A stretch of DNA of 64,000 bases from NCBI GenBank assembly GCA_963699165.1, contig OY969413.1, positions 340,562 to 404,561 of the forward strand, written 5' to 3'. Source of the DNA: Candidatus Kaiserbacteria bacterium (lineage in GTDB: Bacteria > Patescibacteriota > Minisyncoccia > Phycocordibacterales > Phycocordibacteraceae). The notes under the pieces were generated by a model, which was given only the letters and a program-made list of their open reading frames with translations, was not told the origin of the DNA and did no database searches. The translations under genes were made by a program, and so were the position numbers. Shown here piece by piece: positions 1 through 8,979 of this stretch (positions are counted from its first letter, which is position 1; every line of letters starts with the position of its first letter).

Positions 1-58
1 AGCGGATTTTTCAGCAGAAAAATACCGCGCTCATTTTGAGTGCAGTTTCCGCTCCTCG

Positions 59-1306
59 TTACCTCATCAACTTCGAACGAGCCCGGTGGTGGCGCGCGAG
101 CGAAAAACGGTGCGCCTCGGCATTTGCAAGAACGGCGTCTGACTCGCTCACGCCTGCACGGCGCGCGCCGATGACTTCGCGCGGCCGATGCCGCTCGTCT
201 TTCACCACCGCCGCGACGGGAATCTGAACTCCCACAGTCGCAAGAACACTTTCTGCCGCTTTTTTCTGCGTTGTACCGCCGTCAACGACTATTGCAGTTG
301 GAAATGTCCACTCGGGATGACCAAGCCGGCGCGAAAGAATTTCTTTCAGCGACGCGATGTCGTCATTTTTAGTCACGCCGCGAATGCGAAAGGTGCGGTA
401 CTCGCTCTTTACCGGAACACCGTCGACAACAACCGTCATCACGCCGATGGCGTTCGTTCCGGAAAGATGGGCTGTATCGTATGCCTCAATGCGCCCGCCG
501 CTCCGCTTTTCGCGCGACTCTTCGAGATGCTCGTCTTTAATGAGCGACACGTCCTGAATGTGGTCGAGCGCAAAAAGCGCGCGCCTCGCTTCTGTCGCAT
601 CTTCAAACCGTTCGTCTTTGGCGGCGGCTTTCATTTCCTTTTGAAGCGTCACGCGCAGCTCTTTCCCGCGGCCGCTAAGAAAAAGCATCACGCGGCGGAT
701 TGTGCGGCGGTACTCCGCCGCATCAATCGCGCGCGGGTATTGCCGAATCTGCGTATTGAATTCGATATGCGCCTGCTGATGCTTGCTCTTTGTTCCGACC
801 GGCTTCGGCGTATCAAAAAACGGAAAGATGCGCCGTATAAGCCGCAACCCTTCGCGCAATTGCGGGCCGGAGGGAAACGGACCGTAAATAGCGCGCAGTT
901 TGAATTTTGTTGGAAACAGCATCTCTTTATTTTTAAAATCCATATCTTTCCCGCGAACGACAAGCACGCGCGGAATCTCTTCTTCAGTGATAACTGCATA
1001 CAAAAATGACTTGTCGTCCTTGCCGTCGACGTTTGCGGCAGGCGCGTGCTTTTTGATGAGCGCGGCCTCGCGCACGAGCGCCTCGAGGACGGTCGGCGTC
1101 GCCTCATATCCGATGCGATCGGCTTTTGTCACCATATCGACAATGCGCGGACCGCGCGTCGCGATAAGGTCGTCATCGAAATACGAGCGCACGCGGTCGC
1201 GCAAGGAAGTCGCCTTGCCTACGTACAATATTTTCCTGCCTTGCTTAAAGAGATAAACACCCGGCACATCCGGCAGATTTGCTTTGCTAAACTCGCTTTT
1301 TTCCAT
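59..1306 (-). CDS. uvrC: Excinuclease ABC subunit C (short form)
   Basis: N-terminal GIY-YIG motif (PGVYLF..ILYVGKATSLRDRVRSYF), UVR coiled coil (ERFEDATEAR) and RNase H-like domain (RIEAYDTAHLSG...VDGG); no C-terminal HhH. Start placed at MEKSEF (1306); ORF open to 1321. Confidence 0.9.
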   Translation of the reverse strand: MEKSEFSKANLPDVPGVYLFKQGRKILYVGKATSLRDRVRSYFDDDLIATRGPRIVDMVTKADRIGYEATPTVLEALVREAALIKKHAPAANVDGKDDKSFLYAVITEEEIPRVLVVRGKDMDFKNKEMLFPTKFKLRAIYGPFPSGPQLREGLRLIRRIFPFFDTPKPVGTKSKHQQAHIEFNTQIRQYPRAIDAAEYRRTIRRVMLFLSGRGKELRVTLQKEMKAAAKDERFEDATEARRALFALDHIQDVSLIKDEHLEESREKRSGGRIEAYDTAHLSGTNAIGVMTVVVDGVPVKSEYRTFRIRGVTKNDDIASLKEILSRRLGHPEWTFPTAIVVDGGTTQKKAAESVLATVGVQIPVAAVVKDERHRPREVIGARRAGVSESDAVLANAEAHRFSLARHHRARSKLMR

Positions 1307-1390
1307 AACCCTAGTGTGCATTATTTAGCGCTTTTTCAAAGGGATTGACGGCATAACGAAAATACTGTACTAAATATTTAGAGATACCTG

Positions 1391-2451
1391 GGCACCCAAA
1401 CCCCTCAATTCGAACGACGGTTTTTTGCGCTCCTCTGAGCGCGTTGTTTCTTTTCCGCAGCATACGCCTCATCTGGCGTGAGTGAACCGAGCACATCCAT
1501 GAAGCGGCGATTCATCTTTGCTTCGAGTTTCTGCACAAATCTTTTTGAATACTTTGAAATATCCGAGCTTTTCGGGATGTACCGCCGCAAGTCCTTGTTC
1601 AGATTCTCGATTGATGGCTTCTCCCATGGCGCATGCACATGACAGAAATATATCTTCACCCCAAGCACCTTCTCTAGCCGTTTGTGTTCGAGAAAGAGAA
1701 TATCGTTGTCGAATGTGATGGTCTGCATCTCGGGATACCGCTTTTTCATTCTGCGAAGCGCTCGCTCCACGTTTCGCACTGACACTGGCAGGATCCGCTC
1801 CAGCAGGTTTTTGCGCACCCTGCGATCCCGCAGACCAAGAATGATGCCTTGACCGCTCTTGCCCGACACGATGAAGTCGCCCTCCATGTGACCCAATCCC
1901 CATCGCTTGTTGATTTTGCTCGGTCGTTTGTCGATCAGGCGCTTGTCGGCAATGTGTGGTTTCGATGGCCGAGAGCGTCGCCTCTTCTTGAATACCTTTG
2001 CTCGATGCGACTCGATCCGTCTGCCATACGGGCTCTTGATATATCGGCGTATAGCCGAGGATGAAGCATATCCGATATCCTTCTCGATCCGCTTCAATCG
2101 AAGTGAGATGTTTTCGGGCGACTGATCGTCGAAGAGATGCGCCTCGATGAACTTCCGGAGCTTCGGGTCGAGAGCAATCATCTTGCCGACCGCTCGGCTG
2201 TGTTTCCTTCGTACGTATGAAATGTGATGCGCATATGCAGCATCATACGGCCGTCCCTTCCTCTTCTTTTGCGTCTCGTACCATATGACACTCTTCGGTC
2301 GGTCGAGTGCATCTCCGACATCGTGCAAAGAGTATCCCTTCGCTAACAGTATCTGTATTTCGTCTCGTTCGGACCTTGTGAAGTGCGCACCGCCGGAGGT
2401 TTTTTCATTCGCTCAATGTATCAAACGTTCGAATTCAAAAGACTAGTCGCC
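1391..2451 (-). mobile_element. IS30-family element, copy 1 (1061 bp)
   Basis: Near-identical to 23509-24569. Imperfect 26-bp terminal IRs (GGCACCCAAACCCCTCAATTCGAACG / GGCGACTAGTCTTTTGAATTCGAACG), flanked by a 3-bp direct repeat CTG. Confidence 0.9.
1405..2328 (-). CDS. IS30-family transposase (true start probably ATG 2408 via -1 frameshift)
   Basis: GHMEGDFIV, TFDND, FCHVHAPWEKPSIENLN..LRRYIPK motifs typical of IS30 DDE transposases. Confidence 0.9.
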   Translation of the reverse strand: MHDVGDALDRPKSVIWYETQKKRKGRPYDAAYAHHISYVRRKHSRAVGKMIALDPKLRKFIEAHLFDDQSPENISLRLKRIEKDIGYASSSAIRRYIKSPYGRRIESHRAKVFKKRRRSRPSKPHIADKRLIDKRPSKINKRWGLGHMEGDFIVSGKSGQGIILGLRDRRVRKNLLERILPVSVRNVERALRRMKKRYPEMQTITFDNDILFLEHKRLEKVLGVKIYFCHVHAPWEKPSIENLNKDLRRYIPKSSDISKYSKRFVQKLEAKMNRRFMDVLGSLTPDEAYAAEKKQRAQRSAKNRRSN

Positions 2452-2474
2452 CTGCGACCTGAAGGAGGTAACCA

Positions 2475-2789
2475 ATGAGTTCCTTACCGAGCTTACCCGC
2501 AGGATTGCGTGCTCTCATATGGTACTTGGACGAGCATGGACAAGTCCGAGTACCCCAGACACGTTTTCCGCGAGCCGCTAGGGATTTCCTAAGGGAGGTC
2601 TTTCGTAAACACGAACGCAACTTCGATAATTTTGACGGCAAAATTGCGAAAACAAAAACAGATTACAGTAAAAACAAGAATTCAACGGAAGCAGTTGTTA
2701 TTGAAGGGGATTTCTATTTCATCGATATTCTGTACGGCAACGGTGGGTGGTCAAGCAGAATCGTGTGGAAAGCGGAGGAGGACGACTAG
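2475..2789 (+). CDS. Hypothetical protein (104 aa)
   Basis: Strong SD (AAGGAGG) before the ATG; fills the gap between IS30 and uvrA. Confidence 0.6.
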   Translation: MSSLPSLPAGLRALIWYLDEHGQVRVPQTRFPRAARDFLREVFRKHERNFDNFDGKIAKTKTDYSKNKNSTEAVVIEGDFYFIDILYGNGGWSSRIVWKAEEDD

Positions 2790-2818
2790 GGCGTTATCGA
2801 GGTCTCCACATGGAGACC

Positions 2819-5455
2819 TCATCGCTTTTTATATGGGCGACGCAACGCCTTCTGCAAATATTCGCCCGTATACGAACCCTTTGTGTCCGCAACTTCTTCC
2901 GGAGTGCCTTTCGCGACTATTTTTCCGCCACCCGCGCCGCCCTCGGGACCGAAGTCGATGACGTAATCAGAACATTTAATGAGGTCGAGATTGTGTTCGA
3001 TGACGACGACCGTGTTTCCGCGCGCAACAAGCTCCTGCAAAATCTCAATGAGCTTGCGCACGTCTTCGTAGTGAAGGCCGACGGTCGGCTCGTCGAGAAG
3101 ATAGATCGTTTTCGCCGTCATCTTTCGATAGAGCTCGCTTGCGATTTTCACGCGCTGGGCTTCCCCGCCGGAAAGCGTCGTCGCGCTCTGCCCGAGCGTG
3201 AGGTATTCGAGGCCGGTCGCATTCAAACTCATAAGCCGATCTGAAATAGCGGGAATGTCGCTAAAAAACTTTTCGGCCTCTTCAACCGTCATCTGAAGCA
3301 CATCGTAAATACTTTTCCCGCGATAGGTGATTTCGAGCGTCTCTTTCATAAAGCGCTTGCCTTCGCAGATGTCGCAGGTCACGTACACGGTCGGCAGGAA
3401 GTGCATTTCGACGGCGATTGAGCCGTTGCCCTGGCACGCTTCACAGCGTCCTCCCGGCACGTTGAAAGAAAATCGTCCCGGTTTCCAGCCGCGTGCGCGC
3501 GCCTCGGCCGTTGCGGCGAAAAGGTCTCGGATCGGCAGAAATGCGCCCGTATACGTCGCCGGATTGCTCCGCGGCGTGCGGCCGATTGGCGACTGGTCGA
3601 TGAGGACGGCGCGCCCGATGTATTCGGTGCCGGTGAGGGACGAAACGTGCTCGAGTTTGGATTCGCGGCGAGCGGAGCGAGCCGCGATATTGCGATGCAG
3701 AATGTCGTACAAAAAAGTCGACTTCCCGCTTCCCGACACGCCGGTGATGCACACGAGCTTTCCGAGCGGCACGTCGATGTTTTGATTCTTCAGGTTGTGG
3801 AGCGTTGCTCCGCGAACTTTTATCCAGCCCTTTTCGCTTTCCCGGCGCTTTTCGGGAATCGCGATTTCTTTTTCTCCGCGCAAATATGAAAGCGTGAGCG
3901 AATTGCTTTCATTCGTTTTCGCGGTCAGAAGGTCGTCGAGCCAGCCGGATGCAACCACCTTTCCGCCGTGCACGCCCGCGCCCGGCCCAATGTCGACGAT
4001 GTAATCGGACGAGTAAATCGTATCCTCGTCGTGCTCAACCACGATGATGGTATTACCGAGCTCTTTCAGAATCAAAAGCGTTTTAATGAGGCGGTCATTG
4101 TCGCGCTGATGCAGGCCGATTGTCGGCTCGTCGAGAACGTACAGCGCGCCCGTGAGTCCGCTGCCGAGCTGCGATGCAAGGCGAATACGCTGCGATTCCC
4201 CGCCGGAAAGCGTCGCTGCAGACCGATTGAGCGTCAGATAATCGAGACCGACGTTTAACATGAATGAAAGGCGGCTGTCGATTTCTTTCAAAATAGGCGC
4301 TGCGATGTCGATTTTCATTTCTGAAAGTTCGATGGTGTCGACAAAGTCCTTTGCTTCTTTAATCGACATGTTCGTAAAATCGACAATGCTCTTACCCAAT
4401 GTTTTATCTTTTTTACTTTTCAGAAACACTCGAAGAGCTTCGGGTCGGAGACGTTTGCCCTCACAAACGGGACACGGCGCTTCGGAGAAGAGCGATTCCG
4501 TGCCGAGACCATGGCACTCGGGACACGCGCCGTAGGGCGAATTGAATGAAAATAAACGCGGCTCGACTTCGGGAAAGGAAGCGCCGTCTTCCGGACAGAT
4601 AAATTTTGATGAAAGCGTTTCGACCGAACCGTCGGCATGCTGAATTTTCACCAAGCCGTCCGCCTGTTTGAGTGCAAGTTCGAGCGCTTCCGAAAGCCGC
4701 TCTCGCGCCGCCTGCGTCGAACGCGCAAATTCAGACACGTAAATCGAATCGACGACGGCATCGATGCTGTGCCGTTTATTTCGGTCGAGCACGATTTTCT
4801 CGCGAAGCGATTGCTGTTTGCCGTCAATAACGACTTTTTCATACCCCTTGCCGAGCAGGTCGTACAACAATTGATAGTATTCGCCCTTTCGGCCGACGAC
4901 GACGGGCGCGAAAATAGTTACTGCGCTTTTATCCACGGCAACACCGAGCACACTGGTACTCGTGCCGGCGCGTTTCGCCTCGACGCGCGCAAATACCATT
5001 TTTATCATTTCTTCTTTCGAGAGCCGCACAATCGGCACGTCATGATGTATGCAGTACGGCTGGCCGGCGCGCGCGTACAGCACGCGGAGATAGTCGTAAA
5101 TTTCAGTTACGGTCGCGACCGTAGAGCGCGGATTATTTGAACGGCTTTTTTGATCTATGGATATGGCCGGCGAAAGACCGACGATTTCGTCAACATCGGG
5201 CTTCGCCATCTGATTGAGAAATTGCCGCGCATATGCGGAAAGCGATTCGACATACCGGCGCTGGCCTTCCGCGAAAATAGTATCAAAGGCAAGCGATGAC
5301 TTCCCGCTTCCGGAAAGCCCTGTGATGACGGTCATAGCGCCACGAGGCATCTCAACGGAAATGTTTTTCAGGTTGTGCGTGCGCGCCCCTTTGACCGCGA
5401 GCCAGTCGCTCCCGTGCTTGTGCGCATGTTCCTCTTTTGAGGTTTGTTTTTTCAT
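2819..5455 (-). CDS. uvrA: Excinuclease ABC subunit A
   Basis: Two ABC ATPase modules ([34 protein letters not shown]) plus CxxC Zn fingers; start at MKKQTS. Confidence 0.97.
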   Translation of the reverse strand: MKKQTSKEEHAHKHGSDWLAVKGARTHNLKNISVEMPRGAMTVITGLSGSGKSSLAFDTIFAEGQRRYVESLSAYARQFLNQMAKPDVDEIVGLSPAISIDQKSRSNNPRSTVATVTEIYDYLRVLYARAGQPYCIHHDVPIVRLSKEEMIKMVFARVEAKRAGTSTSVLGVAVDKSAVTIFAPVVVGRKGEYYQLLYDLLGKGYEKVVIDGKQQSLREKIVLDRNKRHSIDAVVDSIYVSEFARSTQAARERLSEALELALKQADGLVKIQHADGSVETLSSKFICPEDGASFPEVEPRLFSFNSPYGACPECHGLGTESLFSEAPCPVCEGKRLRPEALRVFLKSKKDKTLGKSIVDFTNMSIKEAKDFVDTIELSEMKIDIAAPILKEIDSRLSFMLNVGLDYLTLNRSAATLSGGESQRIRLASQLGSGLTGALYVLDEPTIGLHQRDNDRLIKTLLILKELGNTIIVVEHDEDTIYSSDYIVDIGPGAGVHGGKVVASGWLDDLLTAKTNESNSLTLSYLRGEKEIAIPEKRRESEKGWIKVRGATLHNLKNQNIDVPLGKLVCITGVSGSGKSTFLYDILHRNIAARSARRESKLEHVSSLTGTEYIGRAVLIDQSPIGRTPRSNPATYTGAFLPIRDLFAATAEARARGWKPGRFSFNVPGGRCEACQGNGSIAVEMHFLPTVYVTCDICEGKRFMKETLEITYRGKSIYDVLQMTVEEAEKFFSDIPAISDRLMSLNATGLEYLTLGQSATTLSGGEAQRVKIASELYRKMTAKTIYLLDEPTVGLHYEDVRKLIEILQELVARGNTVVVIEHNLDLIKCSDYVIDFGPEGGAGGGKIVAKGTPEEVADTKGSYTGEYLQKALRRPYKKR

Positions 5456-5693
5456 TTTATTTAGGGAAATTGAGTCGATCCTACACCAATTGGGACGCGA
5501 AACCCTGCCCGTGGAGGGGCAGGTACGGTATGAGTATAGCATTTTGCTTCTTTCGAAGCGAATGATGTGATTAGCGTTAAATGTACGTTAGTATCGGGTT
5601 GTTGACACTTTTCGCGTCGACGAGTTCATTGAAAGCGCAAAAGGCGCGGTACGATTTTGGTGTTCAGACCATTTAATCGTTAGCGCCTCTTGC

Positions 5694-6398
5694 ATGCACA
5701 AGAATACCAAATTGTTGCCGTACCAACGGCGTGAGATGTTCCGCAGATGGGGTATGGGAGCTCAAGCGACCCATTTGGCCCGAGAATACAAAGTCTCCCG
5801 AGAAACCGTATACGAGACACTTAAAGATGCCCGACTGAACGTCTTCGAGAATCGTTCCTCGATGAATCACCGATATCGCACCATCCTGTACGGGTTCCAA
5901 AAGCTTGCTCGCACCGAAAAGCGCGTGGGAGAGAAGCTCGCCCGCAAAGCCCATCGATTGAACCGATACGAGAAATCGATACCGGGTGAAATGCTGCATC
6001 TCGATACCAAGCGCCTGCCGCTCCTGCGAGGAGAAGCCGCCGCGCAACCGAGAGAATACCTATTTGTCGCCATTGACGACTACTCTCGTACCGCCTTTGC
6101 CGATATCTTCCCCGACAAGACCGCATACTCGGCCGCCATGTTCCTCGCCGAGAGCAAGCGAGTATTGCCGTTCCCCGTGACCGGCATCTATTCCGACAAC
6201 GGGAGCGAGTACCGGGGACGACCGGATCATCCGGTGGCGGCACTCTGCAGGGAAACGGGCATGAGCCAAGCGTTCACGAAAGTGAAGCATCCCTGGACCA
6301 ATGGAAAAGCGGAGCGATTCATCAAAACCCTCATGACCGAATGGCACGGGAAGACACGTTCCAATCACATCTCTCGAGCCCATCGCCGACTGACCTGA
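5694..6398 (+). pseudogene. IS481-family transposase, 3'-truncated at the IS3 insertion
   Basis: HTH plus rve core (HLDTK, AIDDYSR, SDNGSEY, PWTNGKAERF). The ORF runs into the IS3 left IR at 6391 and the C-terminal part/right end is absent. Confidence 0.8.
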
Positions 6399-6452
6399 CC
6401 CCCAAATTTCAGACCATGTTCTAGACGGGATTAACCGCTAGAATGACGTCAT

Positions 6453-6710
6453 ATGAAGCAATACCGCATCGCTCCTGAGGTGAAGGAACAAATCATTAAT
6501 CGAATCAAGAACGATGGTGTCACTGTCGCCCAAGCGGCCAAAGAGCATGGTATCCACGAGACCACCATCTATGGCTGGCTTGGTGCGAAAGTGCAAGACG
6601 GTACCGCATCTGTTCTTGAGATTGCGAGACTTCGAAAAGAGAATGACGAACTCCTTCGTCTTGTTGGACTCATGACGCTCAAGCTGTCTGAAACCCAAAA
6701 AAAGAAGTGA
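6453..6710 (+). CDS. IS3 transposase OrfA (HTH)
   Basis: HTH (VTVAQAAKEHGIHETTIYGW) plus leucine zipper (EIARLRKENDELLRL). Confidence 0.88.
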   Translation: MKQYRIAPEVKEQIINRIKNDGVTVAQAAKEHGIHETTIYGWLGAKVQDGTASVLEIARLRKENDELLRLVGLMTLKLSETQKKK

Positions 6711-6750
6711 GCAAAGAATCTCCGATTGGTACGCGCACAACAGCGCGTAC
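6698..6750 (+). promoter_or_regulatory. Programmed -1 frameshift signal of IS3
   Basis: A-AAA-AAG heptamer at 6698-6704 at the orfA/orfB overlap, followed by hairpin GTACGCGC-ACAACA-GCGCGTAC. Confidence 0.8.
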
Positions 6751-7519
6751 TCTTGGTATAGCTCGTTCCACCTTCTGGTATCAAAAGAAGAAGCCTGACA
6801 AAGACTGGGCACTCAAATGCCGTATTGAAGAAGTCCTTCGAGAGTTTCCTTCGTATGGATACCGGAGAGTTGCCCTGTATCTCAAGGAGAACAAAAAGAA
6901 GGTTCAAAGAGTCATGCGACTCTTTGGTATCAAAGCATATCGAAGAAGAGGAAGACGGTGGAGGAAATCAAGGAAACAAGCCGTGGAGTATCCAAATCTC
7001 CTGATGCGGATTGTACCCGCCTATCCGCATCAAGCATGGGTCGCTGATTTCACTCATGTGTATTTCAAAGGGAAAGACATTCGTGTGGCAACCACCATGG
7101 ACGTATACACTCGAAGTGTCGTTGGGCTCGCCATTGGTACGCGAGGTGGAACCGTACTTGTGACGCAGGCATTGTGCGCGGCACTTCTCAACCATCCTCG
7201 TCCCACCATCTTTCACAGCGACAACGGAGTGGAATACAATGCCGCATCCTTCCGAGAGATGCTCATCAATTTCGGCATCAGCATCTCTCGCTCAAAAAAG
7301 GGCTGTCCGTGGGAGAACGGGTACCAAGAATCGTTCTATGGAAAATTCAAAACTGATCTGGGCGATCCCAATCGCTTCGATACGCTTGGTGAACTTGTTG
7401 CTGAAATCTATCAGACAATTCACCGGTACAACACCGTGCGTATACACTCAACACTCAAGATGGCACCGAGAGAGTTTGCGAAATCGCACATCACCCGTAC
7501 ACTATCTTCACTCGTCTAG
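6707..7519 (+). CDS. IS3 transposase OrfB (DDE)
   Basis: YGYRRV, WVADFT, FHSDNGVEY, GCPWENGYQESFYGKFK, YNTVRIHSTL motifs. Confidence 0.92.
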   Translation: MSKESPIGTRTTARTLGIARSTFWYQKKKPDKDWALKCRIEEVLREFPSYGYRRVALYLKENKKKVQRVMRLFGIKAYRRRGRRWRKSRKQAVEYPNLLMRIVPAYPHQAWVADFTHVYFKGKDIRVATTMDVYTRSVVGLAIGTRGGTVLVTQALCAALLNHPRPTIFHSDNGVEYNAASFREMLINFGISISRSKKGCPWENGYQESFYGKFKTDLGDPNRFDTLGELVAEIYQTIHRYNTVRIHSTLKMAPREFAKSHITRTLSSLV

Positions 7520-7552
7520 GAAGTGGTCTGAAGAATAGGGGTCGGTACACGT

Positions 7553-8396
7553 GGGTATTAAGAACGAGTTGGCACAAGCGTTAATGATTTTAATAAGTAA
7601 GTGCGCGGATTTCCGAACAATTCCGGTGAGGAAAATCTGAAGCAGAATTCCCTCACGTATTGCTCGAGGTTCTCGCTCCAGTGATGATGATACATCCTCC
7701 GCACAAAGGTGCGGTATACGCCGAACACGCCTTCGATTTCGGAGGTATGTTCGAACTCGAATTTTGAATGAATGTCTCTGCTGTGGGAGACCGGCCATCG
7801 CTTGCCGACACCCCGGTATATCGAACCGCCATCGGTCCACAACTCGCTCCCCGGCTTCACTTTGGCAAAGAGAAAGTCCATCACGTCCGTCTTGTTCGGG
7901 AAGCGATTGTGCATGACGGTATAGGCAAGCTTTCTCGTTCCTTTCTGCTTGGCCATCACGAGAGCTGCGTTCTTGAAATATGCCTCGTCCATCTGCACGA
8001 TACGCTCGAGAATATGCTCTTCTTGGGGCAAATGCTCACGAAAGGTGGCATACCAGCGGCGTATCGTTCGTTCAGGCAAATGCGTGAGCTCCATGGCCTG
8101 CAAGACGGGTTCTCGTATCGTCCAGCACCAGAGGAGCATCCACCACGTCTGGAGCGGAAGCTTGAGGTTTGAGAGCCAGGTATGCGAGAGGAGCGAGAAC
8201 CTTCGGCGGCAGGCAACACACCGGTACCGGTCTTCGTACCGCACAATCCTGCGCGAGCGGCAGAGCGGGCAAAACACATTCTTTCCGAACAACGTTCGCC
8301 GCAAAAACTTTCTAATCTGCACTTCAGACGGAATTTGTTTGAGCGTGTACATAGCTTCCATGATACGGGAGCTGTGCCAACAGAGTCTGAATACCC
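7553..8396 (-). mobile_element. IS1595-family element (844 bp)
   Basis: 24-bp IRs (GGGTATTAAGAACGAGTTGGCACA / GGGTATTCAGACTCTGTTGGCACA) and perfect 8-bp target duplication GTACACGT (7545-7552, 8397-8404). Confidence 0.92.
7558..8361 (-). CDS. IS1595-family transposase
   Basis: Zn ribbon (CPLC...CVAC), VQMDEAYF, WTDGGSIY, IEGVFG, YHH...LEQYVREFCFRF. Confidence 0.9.
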   Translation of the reverse strand: MEAMYTLKQIPSEVQIRKFLRRTLFGKNVFCPLCRSRRIVRYEDRYRCVACRRRFSLLSHTWLSNLKLPLQTWWMLLWCWTIREPVLQAMELTHLPERTIRRWYATFREHLPQEEHILERIVQMDEAYFKNAALVMAKQKGTRKLAYTVMHNRFPNKTDVMDFLFAKVKPGSELWTDGGSIYRGVGKRWPVSHSRDIHSKFEFEHTSEIEGVFGVYRTFVRRMYHHHWSENLEQYVREFCFRFSSPELFGNPRTYLLKSLTLVPTRS

Positions 8397-8408
8397 GTAC
8401 ACGTTAAA

Positions 8409-8436
8409 TTGACAGATATTATATTCATATTATGAT
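8409..8436 (+). promoter_or_regulatory. Sigma70 promoter
   Basis: TTGACA-N16-TATGAT upstream of the 8472 gene. Confidence 0.55.
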
Positions 8437-8471
8437 TAGAACAGACTGCAACGTCCATGGAGGTTCTTTCA

Positions 8472-8876
8472 ATGCCGCGATTCCTAACCGCCGTCTTCGC
8501 AGCGCTTCTGATGTGCGGATTCGGCACCCCTGCGCTTGCGGATACGAAAGCGCAAAGCAACGATTCGACGACCGCGCAAAACCCCGACATTCGAACGGTG
8601 GTCGTCTGGTACAAAAACCGGACAGACGAAGATGTCTACTTTGACCTCGGCACGTATCAAGGCATCCGCATCGTCCACATGTTCGATCCCGGATCCTCGG
8701 GTTATATCCCTGTCTTCTTTATCGGACGGCAGACGACAGTGGTGATACCTATCGATGAGCATCCTGTTGACGACTATAACGAGGACAAATGGCGGAAGGC
8801 TGGGATACTCACCGTGACGAACCGCAAAGCGAAATTTCAATGGAACGGCAATGCGTCCGGAGATATCCATCACTGA
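8472..8876 (+). CDS. Secreted hypothetical protein
   Basis: GGAGG SD, signal peptide MPRFLTAVFAALLMCGFGTPALA, own promoter and terminator. Confidence 0.7.
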   Translation: MPRFLTAVFAALLMCGFGTPALADTKAQSNDSTTAQNPDIRTVVVWYKNRTDEDVYFDLGTYQGIRIVHMFDPGSSGYIPVFFIGRQTTVVIPIDEHPVDDYNEDKWRKAGILTVTNRKAKFQWNGNASGDIHH

Positions 8877-8924
8877 CTGACCTACTGGCACCCGCACGGG
8901 GAGTTGAGCATCGGCTCCTCTCCA

Positions 8925-8956
8925 AATGCCCGCAGACGTTGCGTCTGCGGGCATTC
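8925..8956. terminator. Hairpin between convergent genes
   Basis: AATGCCCGCAGACG-TTG-CGTCTGCGGGCATT perfect 14-bp stem. Confidence 0.7.
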
Positions 8957-8979
8957 GCATTTATTTCTTGAACGCTCGA

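Larger units (their letters stand above)
6391..7549 (+). mobile_element. IS3-family element
   Basis: TG...CA ends with 26-bp imperfect IRs (TGACCTGACCCCCAAATTTCAGACCA / TGTACCGACCCCTATTCTTCAGACCA); orfA/orfB organisation; no target duplication visible. Confidence 0.9.
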
